Shown here: positions 37,142 through 45,264 of the stretch, one piece after another
Layout of the letters: every line of letters starts with the position of its first letter
Position numbering within the stretch: position 1 is the first letter of the stretch
Assembly (NCBI GenBank): GCA_965213575.1
Contig: CBDBZN010000003.1
Location: 2,372-66,371 of the forward strand
Direction: 5' to 3'
From: Chitinophagales bacterium
GTDB lineage: Bacteria > Bacteroidota > Bacteroidia > Chitinophagales > JAUHXS01
DNA: 64,000 bases
Made by a program: the position numbers and the translations under genes
Notes under the pieces: generated by a model
The model's database searches: none
What the model was told of the DNA's origin: nothing
Seen by the model: only the letters and a program-made list of their open reading frames with translations

Positions 37142-38140
37142 TCAAGATTTTTTTAGCTTTTTAATGTCTCCTTCTAACTCTTTCAAACTCGCTTCCTTTT
37201 CAATCGCTTTTTGGCGCTTTTTAAATTTCTCATATTCTACTTCTGATTTCTCCAATGCCATTTTATGAGATATTTTTCCTGCGTGGGTAAGCAACTCCCT
37301 GCCGTTTAGTTGTAAAATGGAATCCAATCGCTCAATCCAATCTTTCATATACATTGGTGTTTTCTGCTGTGCCATTGTCCCGGCAAATGCCAAATACTGT
37401 TCAACCAACAAGCCCAAAAGTTTTATCTCGTCTTCTTCCAAATAGTTTTGGGCAATGCTTACTTCGGCTTTCTTAATGGAAGCCACCTGCTTTTTGTCAT
37501 AAGAGAGCATTCCCATCAAGGGCAAACTGGCATCCACACGTCTGTACACCAATTCGGCTTCGGTTTGCTCACTGATGGCCCAAAGCAGTTTGTTTTGCAC
37601 GATTTTGAAAAACTCAATGGTTTTTTCGTCTTTCGGGTCATAGTCTATACTGGTGGCATAGATGTCTTTGATTTTTTGGTAGAAAAATTTCTCCGAAAGG
37701 CGTATCTCCCGAATGCGCTCTTGAAGTTCGTTGAAATAGTTCATTGAGCTGCCCGACTTAAAGCGGTCATCATTAAGCGTAAAGCCTTTAACGATGTATT
37801 CTTTTAATCGCTGCGTTGCCCAAATGCGGAATTGTGTGCCCTGAACTGACTTTACCCGATACCCAACCGATATGATAACATCTAAATTGTAGTGGTCAAG
37901 CTCACGCTCCACCTCACGATTGCCTTCGGTTTGAACTGTCCGGAATTTCCGGACAGTTGAACTTTTCTCCAATTCACCCTCATTGAAAATATTGCTGATA
38001 TGCTCACTGATGGTACGTTTGTCCTTACCAAACAATTGCCCCATTTGTGCCTGGGTAAGCCAAACGGTTTCTTCCTGCAAGCGAACATCTATCTTGATGT
38101 TACCGTCTTGGTTTTGGTATATGAGGATGTCGCTGGTCAA
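37142..38140 (-). CDS. rhuM: RhuM-family (virulence protein RhuM) protein
   Basis: 332-aa ORF. The N-terminus ...IKIDVRLQEETVWLTQAQMGQLFGKDKRTISEHISNIF and ...YNLDVIISVGYRVKSVQGTQFRIWATQRLKEY are hallmarks of the RhuM family. Confidence 0.85.
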   Translation of the reverse strand: MTSDILIYQNQDGNIKIDVRLQEETVWLTQAQMGQLFGKDKRTISEHISNIFNEGELEKSSTVRKFRTVQTEGNREVERELDHYNLDVIISVGYRVKSVQGTQFRIWATQRLKEYIVKGFTLNDDRFKSGSSMNYFNELQERIREIRLSEKFFYQKIKDIYATSIDYDPKDEKTIEFFKIVQNKLLWAISEQTEAELVYRRVDASLPLMGMLSYDKKQVASIKKAEVSIAQNYLEEDEIKLLGLLVEQYLAFAGTMAQQKTPMYMKDWIERLDSILQLNGRELLTHAGKISHKMALEKSEVEYEKFKKRQKAIEKEASLKELEGDIKKLKKS

Positions 38141-38144
38141 ATTG

Positions 38145-38901
38145 TTAAAATTTAATGCTTTTGGTTTCTTTAAATGTTTTAAACAAGAAGATTGCCACCG
38201 AGCCTGCTAAATTGACTGCTAATTCACTATGTCTTTCTGATGGTTTGATGTTTTTTTTTGCTTTTTCCGTGAGCATCTCCAAGTTTGTTTCTCAACGCTC
38301 CTAATCCACTAACAATACCGCTTGCTCCCCCAAGAATTTGTTTAAAGATTTGCTCCTGATGATGTTCCGGTGCTAAGTTTAAAGATTTTGCAACTTCTCT
38401 ATATAATTCTGGTAATTCAGCCGCATCATTGTATTCAATATCTTGTTCGTCTAAAATGTGCTTTAATATGCTTTCAATTAATGTTCTAGCCGCTGTTATC
38501 GCACCTTCGGGTTCGATTTGTTTCCGTTCAAGAGCTTTTTGCCATTGCGAATGAATATGTGCTTCATCAAACACAATGCTTTCTTCTAAAGGTGAAGTAG
38601 ATTTCTTTTCCAAATAGTTTAGGACTGGGGCAAACTCACTCCATAAAAAATCTCTACGTTCTTGATAAGTACTAAATCTTCCTTTTATAAATGTCCAAAA
38701 TTGGTCAATAGTCCTTTTTGTCTTTATCCATTCTGGTAGCAACTTTTCTAAGGCTTTGTTCCCAATCAGTTTAGTCCTTACTGTGGTATATAATTGATTA
38801 TCAAAGTCACTCCCTGTAGCCCTTGCAACTACTCCATCTTGGAAGTATTCGACAAGTTGAAATTCACTCAATTTATTTAGTTGGTCTAGTTCTTCTTTCA
38901 T
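38145..38901 (-). pseudogene. Abi_C-type (abortive infection C-terminus, HEPN superfamily) protein, C-terminus shifted as assembled by a +1 frameshift in a T9 run
   Basis: The likely start MKEELDQLNKL (ATG 38901..38899) overlaps the hsdS stop (ATGA). GALRNKLGDAHG is the R-x6-H HEPN motif typical of Abi_C. The track ORF stops at 38227. Deleting one T of 38251..38259 extends the frame to ...AHGKSKKNIKPSERHSELAVNLAGSVAIFLFKTFKETKSIKF* (stop 38145..38147), which matches the usual Abi_C tail. Confidence 0.7.
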
Positions 38902-40091
38902 CTCATCACTGGCTCTTTTTCCATACTCTCCACAACCCCTTTCATCAACACAGGGCAAAGCGGTTTTATACTTTCTTTCAACTGTTCATTGATGCGTTTA
39001 CGAGCTTCTAAAGTATGGTAAATCGTAACTATGGCTTCTTGAATTTTAATATCTGGAATGGGCAATTTTACATCACACATATCTGCCCAAGTGAATAGTT
39101 CCGTTGAACTTCCCCAAGAATGAAAACGAGCATATCGGTCAAATTCTGAACGATAAAAAAATAAATACAGATATGCTGGATTGAGTATGTTCAGAGCATC
39201 CTTTTTTACTCTAAATGCATTATTATTCCAACTTGTTAGAAAGGTTTCTTCGGTGTTGTTGTAACCTAAGCCTACCTTGTCACCCATCCGAGTTGTACGA
39301 CTGTTGTAAACGAATTCACCTGGCGATATCACATAAAATCTTTCGAGATTTCTTCCTGCATTATTCGCTTTTGTTGGCATAAACTGCTTGCTATTAGAAA
39401 CCCCACGCACATCATCAACACCGTACTTCAAATCACTATTACGTAGCTCATTCAACTCAATATATTCTCCCAATCTTCTGAGTGGCTCTTTCTTAATCAA
39501 ATCCTCAATGTAGGTATCACAAATCAGCTGCAAATCTTCTAAGCTGTTTGCGTAGGTTTTTTGGTTCGTGAGCAAGCCTTTGTATAGGGCTACATATTTG
39601 CTTTGTTCGTCAATATCAATATCTGGAATTTCCATATCGCAAAGCCTATCCCATTCTAAACCTCCTCTCACACTGGAATCACAATATGTCCAAGCCTTTC
39701 TGTCAAATTCAGGGCGTTGAAACTCCATCATCAAAAATTCTGGAAGTAATTCATTTTCATCAATTACCTCAAAAGTGATGTATGCAGGTGAGACAAGGGC
39801 AGGTTTGTCTTCTGTGAATAATGCAACAGGTAAAACTTCATCTCTGTTAACGTGCATTAAATTAGTAGCAAACTGTCCTTTTTGAATGACTTTGTATTTT
39901 GATAGGTCTAAACCCGATTGATTTGCTACGGAAGGCATAAAGTTTTTGAAAATATTTACACCCAATAGATTAGAAACCGCCAAATCTTTATTGCGGTTGT
40001 TTATCTTTTGTATGTAATCTCCCAAGCGTCTGAACCTTGATTTTGCAAGATTTTCTTGATGACTTGATTTTTTAACTCCCTTTGTAATCAT
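38898..40091 (-). CDS. hsdS: Type I restriction enzyme S subunit HsdS
   Basis: 397-aa ORF. Two target-recognition halves are separated by conserved repeats (MEIPDIDIDEQSKYVALYKGL and VKLPIPDIKIQEAIVTIYHTLEARKRINEQLKE). Its start overlaps the upstream GxxExxY stop (ATGA). Confidence 0.85.
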   Translation of the reverse strand: MITKGVKKSSHQENLAKSRFRRLGDYIQKINNRNKDLAVSNLLGVNIFKNFMPSVANQSGLDLSKYKVIQKGQFATNLMHVNRDEVLPVALFTEDKPALVSPAYITFEVIDENELLPEFLMMEFQRPEFDRKAWTYCDSSVRGGLEWDRLCDMEIPDIDIDEQSKYVALYKGLLTNQKTYANSLEDLQLICDTYIEDLIKKEPLRRLGEYIELNELRNSDLKYGVDDVRGVSNSKQFMPTKANNAGRNLERFYVISPGEFVYNSRTTRMGDKVGLGYNNTEETFLTSWNNNAFRVKKDALNILNPAYLYLFFYRSEFDRYARFHSWGSSTELFTWADMCDVKLPIPDIKIQEAIVTIYHTLEARKRINEQLKESIKPLCPVLMKGVVESMEKEPVMR

Positions 40092-40468
40092 GGTTCAAGC
40101 CTTTTATTATTATGCACTCGTTTATGTTGAAGGCTTTTTGCACCAAAATTGATTAGCAAACCAATTTCAAGATTATAAGCCTCCACATAGTTCATTGCCT
40201 GTGCTAAATGCACATCCTCTAAATTTATTATCGCTTTGATTTCTACCATAATTTTATCCTCAACAAAAAAATCTACTCTTCTTGTGCCAATGTCATATCC
40301 TTTGTACTGCAAAAGCATTTCATGCTCACGACTAAATGCTATTCCATGCATTTGCATTTCAATTGCTAATGCTCTTTGGTAAACAACTTCCTGAAATCCA
40401 TTTCCCAGATGCTTATGAACTTCCATTGCACAACCTATAATTTTGTATGTTAAATCCTCATATTTCAT
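40088..40468 (-). CDS. GxxExxY-family protein (PD-(D/E)xK fold), paralogue 2
   Basis: The track gives a TTG start at 40507. I prefer ATG 40468 (MKYEDLTYKIIGCAMEVHKHLGNGFQEVVY...), which aligns with paralogue 1. RRVDFFVEDKIMVEIKA is present. By eye roughly three quarters of aligned residues are identical to paralogue 1. Confidence 0.8.
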   Translation of the reverse strand: MKYEDLTYKIIGCAMEVHKHLGNGFQEVVYQRALAIEMQMHGIAFSREHEMLLQYKGYDIGTRRVDFFVEDKIMVEIKAIINLEDVHLAQAMNYVEAYNLEIGLLINFGAKSLQHKRVHNNKRLEP

Positions 40469-40496
40469 AATCAAGTGATCGAATAATCCTTTTAAA

Positions 40497-42071
40497 TCAT
40501 GGTTCAAGACTGTAACCCAAAGTTTTAAAAACGTTTATCAATTGTGCTTGTGAGTCTTCTTCTTCTTTTAGCAGGGTTTTAAAATCTTGCTGAATGCGTT
40601 TCATTTCGGTGTCAAAGTCAATGCCGCTGTCTTTGTCCACAAACTCAATGTATTTGCTCGGTACCAATGAAAAATTGTTGGCTTTCAAATCTTCAAAACG
40701 GGCAGATTTACAAAACTCGGGTACATCTTTGTAGGTGGTTTCATAATCGGCTTGTTGCCAATTGTGAAAGTTTAGTGCTACTTCCTTTATATCGTCTTCT
40801 GTGAGTTCAATGTATTTTTTCTCGTACTCGCTGCCCCAACGCCTTAAATCCATAAATAGGATTTCGCCTGAGCGGTCTCGGTAGTTTTTGGGTTTGTCTT
40901 TGGTATTGTCCGTACGTTGCTTTTTGTTTTTGTTCAAAATCCAAAGCGTAACGCTGATGTCAGTGGTATAAAAGGTATCTCGGGGAATGATGATAATGGC
41001 TTCCACCATATCATTTTCAATCAACTTTCTACGGATTTTATATTCTTCGCCACCGCCCGAAAGTGCGCCATTGGCAAGAATGAAACCTGCTACGCCATTT
41101 TCAGAAAGTTTGCTCACCATATTCAAAATCCAACCGTAGTTGGCGTTGCTTTTTGGTGGTACTTCATAGCCCATCCAACGTGGGTCGTCCAAGAGTTCGT
41201 TTTCCCCTCGCCAATCCTTCAAGTTAAATGGCGGATTCGCCATAATGTAATCGGCTTTCAGGTCTTTATGTTGGTCGTTGGAAAAAGTGTCTGCGTGTTT
41301 GTCGCCAAGGTTGGCAGCAATACCACGAATGGCTAAATTCATTTTCGCCAATTTGTAAGTGGTAGGCGTGTTTTCCTGTCCGTAAATGGAAACTTCTTTT
41401 TTGCTTCCCTGATGTGCTTCAATAAATTTGATAGACTGCACAAACATTCCGCCTGTTCCACAGCAAGGGTCATAAATGATGCCTTTATAGGGCTCTATCA
41501 ATTCTGCCATCAAGTTCACAATGGTTTTGGGCGTATAAAATTCGCCTTTGCCTTTTCCGCTGCTTTCTTTCAGGGCAAACTTGCCCAAGAAATATTCATA
41601 CACATGTCCAATTACATCTTGTCCGTTGTCTTTGAGCGTGTCAATGTCGTTGATGGTGTCGAGTAGGGAAGCGAGCTTGGTTTTGTCCAATGCCAAACGT
41701 GAAAAATAATTGTCGGGCAAAGCCCCTTTTAACGCAGGGTTGTTTTTCTCAATGGTGTTGAGAGCCGTGTCAATTTTTAGGGAAATGTCGTTTTGCTTGG
41801 CATTTTTGATAATGTAGCTCCACCGGGAAATTTCTTCCAAGTAGAACACATTTTTCATAGCGTAGAAATCTTTCATTTCCACGTATTTTTCTTTGCCTTC
41901 GGCAATCAGTTCTTTTCTGCGTTGCTCAAATTTGTCGCTGGCGAATTTCAGGAAAATCAATCCGAGTACTACATGTTTGTACTCGGCAGGCTCTACCGAA
42001 CCTCTCAACTTGTCGCACGATTGCCACAAGGTTTCTTCAATCGCTTTTTCCTTTACTTTCTGTTTGGCCAT
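40497..42071 (-). CDS. hsdM: Type I restriction enzyme M subunit HsdM (N6-adenine DNA methyltransferase)
   Basis: 524-aa ORF. Contains an HsdM N-terminal domain (LWQSCDKLRGSVEPAEYKHVVLGLIFLKF), motif I IYDPCCGTGGMF and motif IV IMANPPFNLKDW. Confidence 0.95.
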   Translation of the reverse strand: MAKQKVKEKAIEETLWQSCDKLRGSVEPAEYKHVVLGLIFLKFASDKFEQRRKELIAEGKEKYVEMKDFYAMKNVFYLEEISRWSYIIKNAKQNDISLKIDTALNTIEKNNPALKGALPDNYFSRLALDKTKLASLLDTINDIDTLKDNGQDVIGHVYEYFLGKFALKESSGKGKGEFYTPKTIVNLMAELIEPYKGIIYDPCCGTGGMFVQSIKFIEAHQGSKKEVSIYGQENTPTTYKLAKMNLAIRGIAANLGDKHADTFSNDQHKDLKADYIMANPPFNLKDWRGENELLDDPRWMGYEVPPKSNANYGWILNMVSKLSENGVAGFILANGALSGGGEEYKIRRKLIENDMVEAIIIIPRDTFYTTDISVTLWILNKNKKQRTDNTKDKPKNYRDRSGEILFMDLRRWGSEYEKKYIELTEDDIKEVALNFHNWQQADYETTYKDVPEFCKSARFEDLKANNFSLVPSKYIEFVDKDSGIDFDTEMKRIQQDFKTLLKEEEDSQAQLINVFKTLGYSLEP

Positions 42072-42107
42072 TTATTTTAAGCTTTTTTTTATCGTTTTCA
42101 AATTTCG

Positions 42108-42410
42108 TTCATTCTGTCCGAGCGTTGGCAAAAATCAAATGTGCTGTTTGTGCGGTTGGCTTTTTTGTATGTTGTCCAACGTAGAAATAAAAAACAATTA
42201 TTTTTATTCCATATATGTAGCTATTTTATTTAACTACTATAAATGTAATAATATTGAAGTCTTTGTGCAAATTATTAATATTTAATGTAAAACATAAAAC
42301 CGCATAATTATACGAATAACTCTACGGTTTATGATAGCTTATCAAAGAGATGCTATACTCATTCAGTATAAAAAGTTAAACTGACACCTTCAATCTCCCG
42401 TTAATTCAAA
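42108..42410. repeat. Direct repeat X, copy 2 (5' leader/promoter region of hsdM) with ~98-bp insertion
   Basis: 42108..42274 and 42373..42410 match 32701..32877 and 32878..32915. 42275..42372 is specific to this copy. Confidence 0.8.
42240..42270 (-). promoter_or_regulatory. Candidate Bacteroidota-type promoter (TTG-N20-TAcaTTTA) for the type I operon
   Basis: The minus strand reads TTGcacaaagacttcaatattatTACATTTAtag. This is the same element as at 32843..32873. Confidence 0.3.
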
Positions 42411-42533
42411 AATTAAAAATTAAGCATTCAAAACTATTTTACAATCGTAGCTCGTAAATCTGCAATCATCAATTTGAAAATTATTCCTCTAACCTAGAAA
42501 AGGTCTGTAAAATTAACTTTAAGTTTGTAAAGT

Positions 42534-43868
42534 ATGTTTTCCAAACAAAAAATACAAGCGTATCTCCGATTTGTCCAGCACGATATTTGGCGCATGTCAT
42601 TAGATGATCTCCCTAAGCGCAAATATTATTTATTAAAGCAACTTAGAGTCCTTCTTTTAGCAATCAGGGGATTTAATGAGGATAAGTGTATGCTACAAGC
42701 TTCGGCACTCACTTTTTATTCTATGCTTTCAATTGTACCACTCATTGCAATGGCATTCGGCATAGCCAAAGGATTTGGGTTTGAGAAAATGATGGATGAG
42801 CAATTGTTAGAGATGTTTGGCCATCAAGAGGCAGTCCTGAGCCAAGTTTCTGCTTATGCACACGCTGCTTTAGATAATACACAGGGTGGGTTAGTAGCGG
42901 GAATAGGAATAGTGATCTTATTATGGACAGTTATGAAAGTATTGGGGAATATTGAAAGTTCTTTTAACGATATATGGGAAGTTAAAAAAGCAAGGTCTTG
43001 GCCGCGTAAATTCACAGACTATTTATCTATTATGTTGATTGCTCCCATCCTGTTATCACTGTCAAGTAGTATAACTGTTTTTATGACTACAAATATTACG
43101 GAATTTGTAGAAAGCCTTAGATATTTAGGTTTTCTTGCTCCTATTATTGCTGCGTTGTTTAGTTTGTCAAAATTTGTTTTAATCTGGATTTTGTTGACTT
43201 TTTTATATTTAGTAATGCCTAATACTACTGTTAAATTTAAATCTGCTTTGATAGCCGGTATCTTAGCAGGAACGTTATATAGCATTACAGAGTGGATATT
43301 TGTTAGTTTCGAAGTTGGAGTAGCTCGTTATAATGCCATATATGGTAGTTTTGCCGTTGTCCCGCTTTTTTTAGTATTTATGCAAACAGCTTGGTTAATC
43401 GTGCTATTTGGTGCTGAGTTGGCATTTGCACAACAACACGTAAATCGATATGAATTTGAAATAGAATCCGCATCGATCAGTATAAATTATAAAAATCTAT
43501 TGACGTTATGGGTGTTGCATATGTTAATTAAAAATTTCGAAAATGGTGAAAGGCCACCTACGCTTGCTGAGATTTCTAAAAACTTAAAAGTGCCAATGCG
43601 TTTACTACGGCAAATAGTTTTTGATTTGGAAGCAGCAGGATTAATCTCAGAAATAAAAACTAAAAAAGAAAAAGAAATGGCGTATCAGCCGGCACGAGAT
43701 ATACATAAATTAGATATCAGTACTATTCTTAATGACCTTAATAATTATGGAGTGGGGGAACTGCCTGTTCATAAAGATAAAGCATATAAAAATTTAGAAA
43801 ATGCAATGGAAGCTTTTAAAAGACAAGTGTCTTTATCATTAGGGAATAAACTGCTCAAAGATATATAA
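42534..43868 (+). CDS. YihY/BrkB (virulence factor BrkB) family membrane protein with C-terminal wHTH-like extension
   Basis: 444-aa ORF. ASALTFYSMLSIVPLIAMAFGIAKGFG and six TM helices are typical of YihY. The C-terminal ~120 aa are soluble. Confidence 0.8.
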   Translation: MFSKQKIQAYLRFVQHDIWRMSLDDLPKRKYYLLKQLRVLLLAIRGFNEDKCMLQASALTFYSMLSIVPLIAMAFGIAKGFGFEKMMDEQLLEMFGHQEAVLSQVSAYAHAALDNTQGGLVAGIGIVILLWTVMKVLGNIESSFNDIWEVKKARSWPRKFTDYLSIMLIAPILLSLSSSITVFMTTNITEFVESLRYLGFLAPIIAALFSLSKFVLIWILLTFLYLVMPNTTVKFKSALIAGILAGTLYSITEWIFVSFEVGVARYNAIYGSFAVVPLFLVFMQTAWLIVLFGAELAFAQQHVNRYEFEIESASISINYKNLLTLWVLHMLIKNFENGERPPTLAEISKNLKVPMRLLRQIVFDLEAAGLISEIKTKKEKEMAYQPARDIHKLDISTILNDLNNYGVGELPVHKDKAYKNLENAMEAFKRQVSLSLGNKLLKDI

Positions 43869-43940
43869 CTTTAAGCCATTGCAAAGTCTCTGTCTGCACA
43901 ATATGGCATAAAATAAACGTTAAATAATAAAAAATTTTAA

Positions 43941-45191
43941 ATGAAAAAATGGGGAATAATAGGCGCAGGGTTATTTTTAATAATATGTGTAATACTATGG
44001 TATTATAGTCCTTGGAAAAATGTATATGTCGCAGATGAAACTGAAGCTGTACATTATGATAACGAAGAGACTCTACCCATTCCGGATCCTACAATTGAAT
44101 ACGGGATTATAGTTGATTCTTTTTCTGTGCAAGATGGGAAAGTACAAAGAAATGAGAATCTGGCTACCATCTTTTCAAAATATAATATTTCAAACCAAAC
44201 TATTTACGATATCACTCAAAAGGGAAAGGGTATTTTTGACCCAAGGAGAATTGCTAGAGGCAATAATTATAAAGTTTATTGTAATAATGATTCTGCTAAA
44301 TCTGTGTGTTATTTTATATATGAAGAAGATCCTATTAATTACATCATTTTTGGCTTTCAAGATTCTCTAAATGTATACAAATTTTCTAAAGATATTGATA
44401 CCGTTACTGTTGAAAGATCCGGTGTAATTACAACTTCTTTATATGTAGACATGATTAATAATGGAGCATCTCCATTGTTAGTGAACGAATTAGCCGATAT
44501 ATTTGGATGGGAAATTGATTTTTTCAGGGTTAATAAAGGAGATAGTTTTAAAGTAATATATGATGAATTCAGAATAGATAGCCAATTAGTGGATATTGGC
44601 CGCGTTCATGGAGCATATTTTAATAATTATGGCAAATCCAGTTATGCCATATATTTTGAACAAGATAGCGTAGGAGATTATTTTGACACTGCCGGATATA
44701 GTTTGCAAAGATCACTTTTAAGATATCCTATTAAATTTTCCAGGATAAGTTCGAGATATTCAGGAAAACGGTATCATCCTGTACTAAAGCGGTATAAATC
44801 TCATCTAGGCACTGATTTTGCTGCACCTACCGGAACGCCTATTCGATCAGTAGGAACAGGAATTATTGATAAGGCAGGATTTACAAGAGGCAATGGAAAT
44901 TATGTTAAAGTCAGGCACAATAGCACTTACTCAACACAATATTTACACATGTCTAGAATAGCAAAAGGGATTAGAACTGGTGTCAAGGTAAAGCAAGGCC
45001 AATTAATTGGTTATGTTGGGAGTACTGGTTTAGCCACTGGGCCACATTTATGTTATCGTTTTTGGAAAAATGGCGTACAGGTAGATGCATTAAGAGTTAA
45101 CTTGCCTCCTGCAACTCCTGTTAAAGAAGGGAATTTAGCCAGATACAATACCATTAAAGAAAAGATGATAGCGAGGTTGGACAACATATAA
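43941..45191 (+). CDS. M23 family metallopeptidase (MepM/NlpD-like)
   Basis: 416-aa ORF. HLGTDFAAPTGTPIRSV ... GNYVKVRHNSTYSTQYLHMS ... GYVGSTGLATGPHLCY are the HxxxD / HxH M23 motifs. Confidence 0.85.
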   Translation: MKKWGIIGAGLFLIICVILWYYSPWKNVYVADETEAVHYDNEETLPIPDPTIEYGIIVDSFSVQDGKVQRNENLATIFSKYNISNQTIYDITQKGKGIFDPRRIARGNNYKVYCNNDSAKSVCYFIYEEDPINYIIFGFQDSLNVYKFSKDIDTVTVERSGVITTSLYVDMINNGASPLLVNELADIFGWEIDFFRVNKGDSFKVIYDEFRIDSQLVDIGRVHGAYFNNYGKSSYAIYFEQDSVGDYFDTAGYSLQRSLLRYPIKFSRISSRYSGKRYHPVLKRYKSHLGTDFAAPTGTPIRSVGTGIIDKAGFTRGNGNYVKVRHNSTYSTQYLHMSRIAKGIRTGVKVKQGQLIGYVGSTGLATGPHLCYRFWKNGVQVDALRVNLPPATPVKEGNLARYNTIKEKMIARLDNI

Positions 45192-45264
45192 ACAACTAGG
45201 GGCCTTTATTTTTTAATTAAAAGTAAATTATTCTTACATTAGTACCACAAAATCAATTTTACAT

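Noticed and set aside
29290-40091. Phase-variable hsdS shufflon (inverting TRD cassettes)
   Set aside because: The hsdS remnant and the intact hsdS are in direct, not inverted, orientation. No tyrosine or serine recombinase gene is present anywhere in the island.
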